A DNA stretch of 64,000 nucleotides, taken from assembly GCF_964355755.1 (NCBI RefSeq), contig NC_092677.1, forward strand, positions 1,324,101 to 1,388,100. Reading direction: 5' to 3'. Positions 34,040 to 46,212 of this stretch are shown piece by piece. The notes beneath the pieces are model-generated. The model saw only the letters and a list, made by a program, of their open reading frames with translations, had not been told where the DNA came from and ran no database searches. Source of the DNA: Antedon mediterranea (Eukaryota > Animalia > Echinodermata). A program made the translations under genes and the position numbers. Numbering within the stretch: the first letter of the stretch is position 1; the number at the start of each line of letters is the position of its first letter.

Positions 34040-35268
34040 ATGACAAACTCAAAGATGACAATTTCGAAAGAAAATGAATTGAGCAAATAAATATAAGAAT
34101 TGGAAGAGAATCTGGCACGTAGAAGCGCTGTGCATAACTTTGACGAAAAAGATGAACAACTACTTCTTAACTTCATCTGGCCATATGTTAACGTCACAAC
34201 ATCCGATAGGCTTGATTTTTATATGAATTCATATCTATATTTCATCAGCTTTCATAATAGATTATAATCATCAAGGTAACCTTCAATTCTGAAGAGCTGT
34301 AAGGTATTCAAATTTACGGCAAAGGTGAAATTACACGACCTACGTAATTCAAGTTTTTACGCATGATGACGTCATCAAAATGAAAATGGTGTCAACTCAT
34401 GATAAAGATAATTAATTAAGCAAGCACATACTGAAATTTGTGTGAAATTCGAGCACACATAACCGAGATGCGCTCTGTTGAATGTGATAACCTACACAAA
34501 AAGATAAAAAGTGTAAAATGTGTACATGATATGAATTCATATTTACAACTCAATGGCTTCCCGAATAAGTTAAACAAATTGGGGGTCATCTTCCATTCTG
34601 AAGAATTATTTTCATTTTAAAAAGGCCTATTTTTCACAATTTTCAGAACTTTTGAGAAATTAATGTGCGCATTTTGTCATTTTTAACGTGCTCGTATAGC
34701 GTTATTTTAAGTCGGAATGGACTCAAAATCAGTGAATGTACTAAGAATTGTGAGTAGAATGTGATATGTACATCAAATTTTATTTTTACGTTTTTTAGGA
34801 ATCGCTTGCGCAGTAATTTTTTGAAACACGCAAAAGGCCTAATTCTTGCTCTAAATTGATCAAAACTTAATTTTGAGCTTTATAAATTTTAAATGCGCGA
34901 TTTCACGCGCATGACCCTACGTTCGCGTGCGTTTTTTTTTTTTTTGCTAATATTTTTACTCTTGACCTGAAGTTTACGTGTAGTGAATTTCATTATTATG
35001 TGATAATTAATTATGGAGATATGATTGATAATGTGATTTCACAAAATGGCGTATAAATGACGTCACGGATGAGTGATCACGCTGAAATGCTTATTAGGAC
35101 TAAGTTACAGTCCAATTGAAAGAAATTGTGAAATTTTGGTAATCATTGACATTTAACTTTTTGAGATATTTGTTACACAAAAAGTGTACAGAAAGAAGAA
35201 AAAGAAAAATAATAAAGATTTTATACAATAACAATAAGTGATCATTTTATTCTAAATGATCACCTAAT
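34040..35268. mobile_element. Unclassified interspersed repeat, possibly Helentron/HINE-like
   Basis: CpG-richer block ending in an AAG-rich tract and a small GTGATCATTT..AAATGATCAC hairpin; it truncates Helitron copy 2. Confidence 0.4.
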
Positions 35269-38248
35269 TAGTTATATTCTAGGTATCAGTTTTTATTGTT
35301 TTCATATTCCGTTATGATAATTACTTTATTCCTATATACCATTTACTATTATGTACTAATTTGATTTTAGTTACTTTTTGTTTTTGTTCAGGCACTTTCA
35401 ACACAAGCTTTTGCTTTCCATAAATTGTGCCTCCTTCATAATACTGTATTGTTTTATTCATTTTAAAGATGAGAAGAAAAAAAATTGTATTGTTTTAACT
35501 ACCTTACTTCTCGTTATTATGAATTTTGTATTGTATTATTTATATTTTGTATATTATGAAGGAAATAAATGAAATATGTTGATATCAATTTTGCGGTTAG
35601 GCCTATAGTAGTTCTGAAAAGAAGTGGAGTTTCTCGACGATGAGTGTGATTCGACTGTCCTCAGGGTGAGAATGTAGGCAGGGTCCGGGGTAATGGGGAA
35701 TATAGTTGCCTTATTATAACCAACTACTTTTTTATTTATATTTGTTTTAAATTATACAAACTACACTAGCTGAAGATTCGTTATAGGTTGTTTTTTAAAT
35801 ATAAATTTATATAAATTAAATATAAGCCATGTTGTTATTGAAGGCGTATTTCACGAATTGTATTTATTGATTGTTTAATTCTTGTTTTCATTATACATTG
35901 CTTTACCCATTCATTTGTGTGTATATAGTTGTTACAAAAGGTCAAAATCCTGTTGTCAATGTGCAAGATGCTAACGTTAAATTAGGTGAAGATGCTGTTA
36001 TCATCTGTGATTACACACTTGATCCTACCAGAACTTTTCAGGGTGTTCAATTGTTCAATAGTAATTCAGATGGAGATAAGTTGGAAAAACGTCTTATTAA
36101 TACTTTACAGTCAAATAGAAATGGTAGATATACAGCTGACACCACACAGACTGGTGTAACTACTCTCACCATTGCAAACACAGTGTTGTCTGATGATGGA
36201 TACTATCTATGTAACATTTTTGATTCACTTCTTATCAGTGGTAGTCAACATGGAAATCTTACTGTTCAATGTAAGTATTAAAATGTGTCTCAATATCTAT
36301 ATTTAAAATATACTTTAAATAGTGCTGTATAATCATTACTAAAACGTATCTGTATATGTTGAATAAAGATCATTCATTACAGATCTAGAAAACCCTGTTT
36401 TGGAATCAGATGCATTATCTGTCAAGATAAATGAAACGGCAACATTTACATGTACTAACCTTATCGGTAAACGAACACCAATTATTGTCAGATGGAAAAA
36501 AAATGGTAATGCACTTGATGATTCTGATGCAGAAAAGTATCCATCTTCTGATGCAACATTAATTATTAATAAAGTGGATGAAATGGATGAAGGAAGTTAC
36601 CAGTGTGTAGCAGAGAATGCTGCCTATAGTGGAGATGATGGAAAACCGAGTATTCCTCTTATACTCTCAGTAGGTTGGTTGCAATAAAGTTGTTAAACTA
36701 AAGATACAATATCATATTTTATTGAGATCATAGCTATAATTATTATATGGCACCCAAGGGTCTATCATAATTAGACGGATTATTTCAACAATTATGTATT
36801 ATGCGGTAATGGAAATAAAGCACAGCTACACAGTTTAATTATAAAAGGCCTTTTTATAATATAGAACAAGACAATATATACAACCAATAGATGCACTGAC
36901 TATGTTTAAATAACATAGTCATATTATACTTCCTATTTCTTTAGCATTGCCAACACCTTCTTCTACATCCAGTAGGTCAACTACACGTACATTTCGTTTG
37001 TTTGCATTGCACTAATAGTTTTCCATTTTTAGGCCCTATAATTTTGTGAATAAAAAATATGACCTGTGTATATTTGTTATGTCACAATCACATGGTAACT
37101 CTGATCCTCCTTGTAAATCGTTCGTACACAGAAATTCCAAAAAGTGAGGGCATATGTAATTCAACTGGTCTTGTTGTTGGACGTTTGTTGGTGTGCTAAT
37201 TGGATTCATTACCTGTTTGCTTGTGGTTTTTATCATCAGCAAAATCGCAGGTAAAGTATAATTCAGAAAGTAGAACCAAAAGAGTAAAATAGTTGAAGGT
37301 TTGGTGAAATACCGTCACAAGTAATGGCAAATGTATTATCATTCAATTTACTTTTGATGTTTTATTTTTAAAGGCACCGACATCAAATAATGACAACCAA
37401 TCAGGAGTAACAATGCTATACTTCAACTTTAATTATTGGCTTTCACTTTGATCATTATCATCATTGTCACCAATACACAATAAATTGTGATTTATCTTAA
37501 TTTATTAATGATTCATTGTAATTCATTTAGCTGCAGAGGAGTATATTACGTGTACTGGAGAGGCAGATAAAGAAACAAACCACACGTACGAAGATTTACG
37601 CTGAAGAAAGACGATAACCAAGCTGTATATGTAAATGTTAAAGCAAAGAGGAACAAACAATAATACATGTTCACTATAAAGTTAGTAATACATTATAATT
37701 ACAATGGTTTAAAACAATCACACTGATTTTAGTAAGTATGGAAATATAGAGCAACATGTGATGTAAAGATGAAAACCATAAGACATAATTGAACAATTTA
37801 AAAAAATAGAAAAATGTAAAAACGATACATTCAATTTTATTTCTAGTTTGATTTTTTAGAATTAAAATATATATTATATTACATATGTATGTATTAGACA
37901 GACATATAAGGTATAAGGAGAGCATAAGAAGGAAAATAAACTAGCCAAATTCTAATTTTGTATATGATGACATAAGTTTGTAAAGCATGTGAAAAACAAT
38001 TGATTGAAAAAGAACATATTAAAATCTAGGGCGAAATGGAGTAAGCATAAGCGCAATGCGCTCTATTAAATAAAATTACTATAGTACTAAAGCGAAAAAC
38101 AATTTTTAAATTCGAGTGGCCATACTGTGACGTCAAAACATCCGAAAGAGAAGCTATATGTTTTACATGAGTTGATATTTAAAATTCATCGGTTTCTATA
38201 ATACAATTTAATAAATGGGGTAGCCAGCCATCCTGAGGAGCTATAACC

Positions 38249-41200
38249 AATTCAATTCAATTCAATTCAATTCATCGACATTTTTATTCCATAATCAAAA
38301 TAAAAACATATACAAATACAATACAAATAATAAGATAATGGAATGGGATACAAAATAAGCACAAGTGCTTTAAGCATGTAACCCTAACAAAAAGATCAAA
38401 CAATTAGTACAAACAAAAAGAACAAACCAAAATAACATAATGTGATTTACTTAACTTAAATATTTCTATTGTTATAATATTGCTTTAATCTCTGTTTAAA
38501 CAAACTTAAAGTGGGAGATTGTTTTATATAGTCTGTTAAATTGTTCCAAATATGTGTTCCTTGGTAGGAAATACATTGCTGTCCGACTTTGGTGCGTTTT
38601 AGTTGTGGACAGTAGTTTGACCTGTTTCTAGTTGAGTAATTATGGAATGAGGCAGATGTACTAAATAAGTTATTAAATGATTCAGGTAATAGATTATGTT
38701 TATATTGATACATAAATATAGCAGTGTGTTTCGTATAAAGGTCAAAAATATTTAATGTATGGGTTGAAATAAAAAGTGGATGAGAAGGATGCATAAAATG
38801 AACATGACAAATATTTCTAAGTGCTTTTTTCTGGAGAATATGTATACGGTTTAAGTTTGTAGCAGAAGTAGCACCCCATACTGTGATAGCATACGTTATT
38901 CTAGGTAATATAAGTGCATTGTATACCGTTAACAAGATTTTACATGATAACATAGACTTCACTTTGTTTAAGACACCAATTATTCTAGAAATACTGTTTG
39001 CTACCTCATTTACATGAAAATTAAACGATAAAGTTTCATCCAGAAATAAGCCTAGAAATTTAACTTCAGTAGCTTTTACTATACATTCATTTCCCATCCT
39101 CAATTCTAGTGAGGTAGTGTCAGCTGACTTATTTCTAGCCTTAAATATAACATATTTTGATTTGTTTACATTTAGCGTTAATTTGTTAGCAATAAACCAG
39201 TCCGAAAGTATAGATAACTCCTGGTTCATTGTATCAAAAGCTTGAGTAATATCATTGTGACTATAAAACACATTTGTGTCATCTGCATACATAATCATGT
39301 CTACATGGTTACATGCTAGACTAATATCATTAATGAATATAAGAAATAATAATGGACCCAATATGGATCCCTGAGGAACTCCAGTGTTTACTGTCATTTT
39401 ACTAGATGCAGTATTAACAATAAATGTGTATTGTAGTCTTTTTTTAAGATAGTTTGAGAACCAGTTTAGCGGAACTCCTCTTATACCATAAAATCTTAAC
39501 TTATCTAATAATATATCATGATCGATTGTATCAAACGCTTTTGATAAATCAAGGAAAACTCCTAGTGTGAACTCTTTATTCTCAATAGCGTTTGTGATTT
39601 TTTCAATCGATTGTATTAAAGCATGACTAGTTGAATGGTGTTGTCTAAATCCATACTGTGTTTTACTCAGTACGTTATATTTTGAGAGGTAACAAATCGT
39701 TTGATCATACACAATCCTCTCAAATATTTTGGAAAAAAAGGGTAAAATGGAAATAGGCCGATAATTATTTATATCGGAGATGTCACCATTCTTAAATACC
39801 GGGATAACTTTAGCAATGTTTATATCAGCCGGGACACAGCCCGATGATAATGACGTATTAATAATATGCAATAAAGGTTTTAAAATAAACGGGGAAGCAG
39901 ATTTTATGAGTTGGGCACTTATACCATCATGGCCAGGAGAAGTATTCTTTGTGTTTTTAATATAGTGGTTAAGTTCATGTTCAGTAACAGGCTTAAAAAA
40001 CATTGAAGAGGTAAAATTTCCCTTTAAGAAAGTTCTGTGGGTGATTTCTTCATTTTGACATTCATGCCTAAATTTATTATTTAGTTTTTCTCCAATATTA
40101 ATAAAAAAAGAGTTGAATGCATCAGCTTTCTCATCATTATCAGAGAAAGTCTCAGTACCCAATTTTATTTTTGTAGGCAAATTGGTAGTCTTTTTCCTAC
40201 CCATTATATCATTTAGGATTGTCCACGTTTTTTTAATATCTTGTTTATTTCGTTCAAACTGGACCATATAATATTCTTTTTTCCGATTTCTAATAGTAGT
40301 GGTTAACTTGTTTATAAAATGTATGTACGTACTTTTATTAGTAGTGGTGTTATTTTGTTTGTACTTTTTATATAATTTATGTTTTTGAGAGATAGCTCTG
40401 GCAATTTCAGCTGTGATCCAAGGAGATTTTAACTTGTTCGCCTTATTTCTAATTCGTTTTAAAGGGAAACAATTATCAATTGTTTTATTTAAAGTGTTTG
40501 TAAAATTTTGATAAGCAACATTCGCATTATTTGAGAATAGCACATCATTCCACTGATTACTTTGTAATTCTTGCAAAAAATACTCCGTTTGTTGAGGAGA
40601 GTATTTTCGTTTATATACAAATCGAGGATATTGCTTATTATGTTTTTCCAAAGTATCTACACAGAATATTGGGAAGTGATCAGAAATATCAGTAATAAGT
40701 ATTCCACTTTTAAGGGACGTAGTAAAAGAATCGATGTTGCAATAAATGTTATCAATTATTGAAGCACAATTATCGGATATTCTAGTAGGACTTTTTATGA
40801 TTGGCTGAAATGACTGAGAAAATATTGTGTCTAAGTGTGATTGGATAGTGTTGTCGGTAGATTGTTGGAGTAAGTTTATGTTATAGTCTCCCACAAGGTA
40901 AGCTTTCTTTTTTTCTAGATTAATCATTTGCATTACACATGTTAATTCATCATCAAACTTTTGCAAGGAACGTGAGGGTGGTCTATAAACTATACCACAA
41001 ATAACATTATTTCCTGATTCTAACTCAATCTCAATAAAAATAGTCTCTGCTTCAGTCATACAAGATGACAGATCATTTCTAATAATATATGTTAGTTTGT
41101 TGGTAACATAGAACGCTACCCCACCACCTCTCTTATCTTTCCTATCATTGTGAATCAAACTGTAGCCTGGTAACTGGTATAGATTAATATTATCTTTTTC

Positions 41201-41345
41201 GGTTAACCAGGTTTCACTGAAGGCAATGACGGAGAAGGCATGTACGAGTGAGTCTAAATAGTTTGAGATTAAGTCAAACTTATTAACAACACTACGACAG
41301 TTTAGTCCAAATATAGAAAAGTTTGATGATAAATTAGAATGTTCA
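38249..41345 (-). mobile_element. LINE (CR1/L2-group-like) with intact ORF2, 5'-truncated, no ORF1
   Basis: AATAAA plus (GAATT)n tail at 38249-38290 on the minus strand; ORF2 has endonuclease and RT. It is inserted into another repeat (~38020-38248 and ~41345-41830). Confidence 0.92.
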
Positions 41346-41422
41346 ATTAAATATATGTATATTTTTGCACAAATCTGCATCGAATTATTTATTTTTAGCA
41401 TACGATTATTAAAGTTTAACAT
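38456..41422 (-). CDS. LINE ORF2: apurinic endonuclease + reverse transcriptase
   Basis: EN motifs NCRS, FSETWL, GGGVAFY, VYRPP, GDYNINLL and SDHFPI; RT motifs NYRPISIL, FLDLSKAFDTI, GVPQGSILGP and YADDT. The first ~25 aa probably derive from flanking DNA. Confidence 0.93.
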   Translation of the reverse strand: MLNFNNRMLKINNSMQICAKIYIYLIEHSNLSSNFSIFGLNCRSVVNKFDLISNYLDSLVHAFSVIAFSETWLTEKDNINLYQLPGYSLIHNDRKDKRGGGVAFYVTNKLTYIIRNDLSSCMTEAETIFIEIELESGNNVICGIVYRPPSRSLQKFDDELTCVMQMINLEKKKAYLVGDYNINLLQQSTDNTIQSHLDTIFSQSFQPIIKSPTRISDNCASIIDNIYCNIDSFTTSLKSGILITDISDHFPIFCVDTLEKHNKQYPRFVYKRKYSPQQTEYFLQELQSNQWNDVLFSNNANVAYQNFTNTLNKTIDNCFPLKRIRNKANKLKSPWITAEIARAISQKHKLYKKYKQNNTTTNKSTYIHFINKLTTTIRNRKKEYYMVQFERNKQDIKKTWTILNDIMGRKKTTNLPTKIKLGTETFSDNDEKADAFNSFFINIGEKLNNKFRHECQNEEITHRTFLKGNFTSSMFFKPVTEHELNHYIKNTKNTSPGHDGISAQLIKSASPFILKPLLHIINTSLSSGCVPADINIAKVIPVFKNGDISDINNYRPISILPFFSKIFERIVYDQTICYLSKYNVLSKTQYGFRQHHSTSHALIQSIEKITNAIENKEFTLGVFLDLSKAFDTIDHDILLDKLRFYGIRGVPLNWFSNYLKKRLQYTFIVNTASSKMTVNTGVPQGSILGPLLFLIFINDISLACNHVDMIMYADDTNVFYSHNDITQAFDTMNQELSILSDWFIANKLTLNVNKSKYVIFKARNKSADTTSLELRMGNECIVKATEVKFLGLFLDETLSFNFHVNEVANSISRIIGVLNKVKSMLSCKILLTVYNALILPRITYAITVWGATSATNLNRIHILQKKALRNICHVHFMHPSHPLFISTHTLNIFDLYTKHTAIFMYQYKHNLLPESFNNLFSTSASFHNYSTRNRSNYCPQLKRTKVGQQCISYQGTHIWNNLTDYIKQSPTLSLFKQRLKQYYNNRNI

Positions 41423-41837
41423 GCACGTGTGTTGTTAATTTGCAATCAAAGTTCATCAAAATGAATGAAATCTACTACAAAAGCTATGAAAAACAAAAAT
41501 CAACAAGTGCGTGCGCAAAACGCAAACAATTTAGGAAATTTTGAAATGCTCAAAATGACCTGAAATGTACGTGTACTCGCTTATTTTTTTGCGTAGCACA
41601 TCATTTTATCATGTAAAAAGTTGATCCATATATAAAATACACTTTCGTAAAATTTCAGTGAAAGATACATTTTTGTTGAGCAACCATAACATTTCATAAA
41701 ATCACTTGTAACAGCGCGACCGTAAAGGTCATATAAAAAAGTTCAGTTAGAGGTCAATCTTTTGACAACATTATACGATGTTATGTTAACAAGAATTAGA
41801 GATACACGTGCAACAAAATTCTGTGAAAGAAATAAGA

Positions 41838-42232
41838 ACTAGACATGAACTCGTCACTTTGACGAGTTAGTTATCCGCACGACAAACGTCACATACGCTA
41901 GAAAATGCAACAGAAAAAAGATTACGCCATTATGACCTGAAGAAAATAATAATATGTTGTTGGTGCTAAATTCTGTTCAGTTTGTGCACTATATAATATA
42001 TAGAGTATACACAGTATTTGATACTTTATACATACTACATACAGTGTAGCATAGGTGAAATTACAAGACCCACTTTTTATTCATATTGTTAACATGATGA
42101 CGTCATTAATATGAAACATGAAGATAACAGTTTCGGAAGAAAATTGTTTTAGAAACAAGAAATTAAATATTGAAGAAATTCTAAAACGTTGAATCGAGAT
42201 ACGTGCTCTTTTAACAAGTGCGGATAACCAAT
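41838..42232 (-). mobile_element. Small Helentron/HINE-like element
   Basis: CTAG end with hairpin AACTCGTCA-CTT-TGACGAGTT and subterminal inverted repeat GTTATCCGCAC / GTGCGGATAAC. A related end occurs at ~32373-32405. Confidence 0.5.
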
Positions 42233-43187
42233 AAAATAGATATATTATTATTATTTAATAGAATATCATTACAATGGTTTGAAACTACAATCACATACCT
42301 CTTGTTGATTTTATAATAGAAATAAAGAGAATTCATAACCTAGAGAAAGTGTTTTGTTTCTCTTGATTTAACTCTTTAACGCGTAAATTAATAACAAGGA
42401 AATGTGAATGCTGCAATTTGTATCAACATTAACTAAACAAAATATACACAAGTACTTATAGTGACATTGTATATACCAATGGAATATAACAACATGTGAT
42501 GTAAAGATGAAAACAATAGGCATACTTGAAAAATTGTATTTCTTGTTTTGATTTGTTGGAATTAAAACTTGCTTGTATTTACACCAACTTTGATTCGTTA
42601 CTTTGAATTCAATGTTTGAATGCATTATTAGTACATTGACATATAATTATTCCAGCATAAGAAGGAAAATAAACTAGACAGTCAATAATTTTAACACCTA
42701 TTTTAATTTAATTTGCCTTCAAGATGTTGCTTGCTGCCATGGTTTTTCAAAGAATTGAATAATGTTCAAATTGATCTTTAAACGGAAAAAATTAATTCTA
42801 GGGACAAATTGGACCGGGTTTGGGTGCAACTGAGGTTCATTTCTGTTTTTAAGGTAGACATTTTAGAAATACCAGTTTGAGTTTGCACTGTTTGAACGCA
42901 TTGTATAAATAACGCCTAACACCAAGTGTTTAAATAATGGTAACTAATTGAAAAGATTAATTTGATCATCATGATTTGGACGAAAGTACATTACACTATA
43001 ATTATGAAGGAAGTAAAAATAATATATTTCAACAATGAACGCCAATTCATCTCAATCATAACAACGATAGGAACAACAACAACAACATTATACAATACCG
43101 TAGAGTGTGGAAGAGTGCGAGACAATAAAAGTGAAATAGTCACCACCTAATAAAGCGGAAAAGATTTCCATATTCTATAGAACTGCG

Positions 43188-45505
43188 ATGAAAGCAAATG
43201 TACAAGTGCGATAGTGCTGTTGTTGTTGTAAATACAAATATTTAAAAAAGATTCACAAAAGGCCGCAATCGTAAATCGGTATTTTTTCGGATTTTTTATT
43301 TTAGTTGCAGATAGAAGTGGTCAAACACAGTGACAGTGGATGCTGCAACAGCCAATGTAGCAATGATGTGTACTCCTACATTTCTGACAGGAGATTCATT
43401 GCTTACTGGCTTAGTCGACAGGTGATGATAGTGGTCAACAAGAATTAGGAAGTCCTCTTGTGATTTCTACAACCAACCAATGGTCGATACAGCTTGTTCA
43501 ATAATAATCTGATAAATAATTAATGTTGAAAGAGATAATGCAGGCAACTATTGTTGCGCTGTTAATACTAATTTAGGAAATGATGGTGAAACCTTTGCAG
43601 CACTCACTGCCAATTGTGAGTAGTAGATGATGCATTTTATACAGAATTAACCCTTATTGACTTTCAAAGTGAGATGATGCTTAAAAATATAAAATATAAA
43701 ATCAAATGCCTATTAATTATCTGGTTGGGGTGCACTGTGAGTAAAAAATACAAATTAAGTTCAGGACAAAGTACAAAAAGAGCAAATGTGGCTGTCATAA
43801 AATATCATAAAAATACAGCTAGTTATGTGTCATACATTTAAGGATATAATTACATTTAGGTCTAATATTTGAACAATATTTTAAAATTGTTAAATGTAAA
43901 CTTTCCATACACAGATCTTGATGAACCAGTTTTTAACCTAATGTCTGTCAACGATGAAACCGCAACATTTAAATGTACTGAACCGGATGGATTGCCAACA
44001 CCAATTACCACCACATGGATCAAAGATGACGTCAGACTTGAGATACTGTCGGTCGTCGTCTTCGTGCAAGGGTGCGTAACTAACGGCTTTGTTGACTGTG
44101 TATGATTTCACGCTTTAGATAGCGAACATTTGATTATATTCGTCGTCTCCTAACCGTCGTGTTTCGTAAAGTCCAAATTAACAATTAATGACGTTGATGA
44201 TGCAGATGAAGGAGTTTATCAGTGTAGAGCAGATAATGCTACTTACAGTGGAACAGATGTGAAACTTAATACTGCTACACTGTCAATAAGTTGGTAGGAA
44301 AATAAACTTTCTATAACTGTTAATAACCAATTACCTGTCGTAATATGGTCCTTTATGGCTAATATTCCTATTATGCTATGTAGTAATTAATTTAAAGCAC
44401 AGCAGCCACACAACGAAAACTGGAAGTTGGGGTAAAATGTTTGGGAAAAAGAATGGGAAATGAATTCTCAACTTTTGCATTGATGGGAAACAATAAGGAT
44501 TTTTATTTAGTTTATTTTAGTAATATAAGAGGCTTTTGTAATGAATGCATGACGTGTTTTACTAATATTGCTTGTTCTTTTCTATTTCTTTATCATTGAC
44601 GACAACATCTTTTATTTCCAGTAAGTCAACTACACGTAGGTTCTGTTTGTTTGCATTGTATTTATTGTAAATTTCCGGGTGTTTGCATTTGCATAAAGCA
44701 AATAAAGGATAGGAATGCCCTCATCCCCAGGATCTGTATTAATGCTTAAAAGGGCTACCTTTTTGTATATATTTTTCAACACTACATTATTGTGTATTAA
44801 AACACATGGCATTGAACATTTTGTTTTTGTGGTCCTATTTATTGTTTAGTTGTATTTCTTTCCCGGATTTTGCGAAAAGCAAATAAATGATAGTGAATCT
44901 GGGGTGGGTGCTCAAAAGATCTGCATGAGTGCTTAAAAAGTAAAATATGACCTTTGTATGTTTGTCAACATTTTACATTATTGTAAAACACATGGAGACA
45001 CTGATCCTTCTCTCTTAAGCGTGGTTCCCACTAGCGACGTCACACAAGGACGTAACGCAACGCAAGTGAATTGACCAATCACAAGCGATGGCTTATTCGC
45101 TTGTGATTGCTAACTGTCTATAACTTCGCTTGTCATTGGTTAAAACACTTGCGTTGCGTTTACGTCCTTGCGTTATGTTCTTGTGGGAACCAAACTTTAA
45201 CGAGTGCGGGCGTATGCATTCAACTGGTCTTGTTGGAATGACGTTTGTTTGTGTGCTCATTTGATTCATTATTTGTTTCTTGTGGGCTTTATTATCAGCA
45301 AAAGTAATAATAAATAAAAAATAAAAAAGTCAAAGGTAAAGAATATTCTGAATCATAAAGTAGAATTACAAAAAAGGAGTAAAATTCTCAAAGGTTACAT
45401 GAACTACGGTACACTGCACAAGTAATGAAATGGATTAACATTAAGTTCTTGTTGATGTTTTATTTTAAAGGTATCTACATCAAAAAACAACAACAAATTA
45501 GGGGT
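43188..45505 (+). pseudogene. Degenerate Ig-receptor copy (type-B IgV)
   Basis: Frameshifted IgV at ~43305-43615 (..DAATANVAMMC..ERDNAGNYCCAV..ALTAN). Ig2 43915-44290 has a ~130-bp foreign replacement at ~44046-44177. The stalk acceptor is lost, the TM exon (~45215-45335) is broken by a MITE and mutations, and the tail exon is missing. Confidence 0.85.
45018..45196. mobile_element. PIF/Harbinger-type MITE
   Basis: TIRs AGCGTGGTTCCCAC / GTGGGAACCAAACT with internal foldback; TTA TSD. Confidence 0.8.
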
Positions 45506-45549
45506 AAGGATGCCATACAACTTTCAATACCAATTTTCACTCGTCATTA

Positions 45550-45972
45550 TCTATATATAAATTATTTTACGTAAGGGAAAAATTCGGTAAATCGCCCGTA
45601 CTTCTAGAATTTCTACTCGATGGTATATAAAGTTGGTTCGTACTTTCGGTACTGATTTAGCCACCTGATTTAACCCTGCTTATAAATTAAATTGAGTTAG
45701 ATAATTAGTTATTGACAATTAAAAAGAATTTAGGTTCAACGATTTGCCCCAAATAGGGGTGTTTTCCGTGGTATACATTGTCTAATGGATGTCCATCTTG
45801 AAAAATACCCGCACACAATAATACTATCTCCTTCTACGATAATTGATCAGCTCGAGTACAGCATCATAATGTTGAAGAAAGGCCGAATTTCTTAAAAAAA
45901 TACTATTTGGATATATTTAATATATACGTTTATACAAATGTATTAATTTGCGATGAATGGAACATTCCAATC
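45550..45972 (+). mobile_element. Helitron-like element, copy 3 (5' part only)
   Basis: Same 5' block (TCTATATATAAA..CGTAAGGG..GAATGGAACATTCCAA); it sits where the tail exon of the preceding pseudogene should be. Confidence 0.75.
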
Positions 45973-46212
45973 CGTTTGAAGCTTTAAATTCCTCGGTAAA
46001 TAGAGGGCGCATTATTTCGTAAGAAGACAGCACTTTACAAATATTGGAAATATGCTTGTTCACAAAAAGTAATCTAAACATTGGGCCTCCGTACAGTATC
46101 ATGGAGGAAGTAAACACAAATGTAAATCAATTCGCATTCAGAACCATCAGTGTCCTGAGAGACAAGAGTGAAAGTATCATTTTGGATTTTCAGATTGTTA
46201 GGCGTGACCAGC

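Larger units (their letters stand above)
31938..37663 (+). pseudogene. Ig-receptor pseudogene with open IgV and Ig2 exons but broken leader, TM and tail
   Basis: Leader 31938-31991 ends in phase 0 (5-nt insertion relative to the 46213 paralog). IgV 35929-36270 is open but has Leu at the conserved Trp. Ig2 36383-36673 is open; stalk 36945-36971. The TM exon from 37132 has a 4-nt deletion giving TAA at 37197, and the tail exon is frameshifted. Confidence 0.8.
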
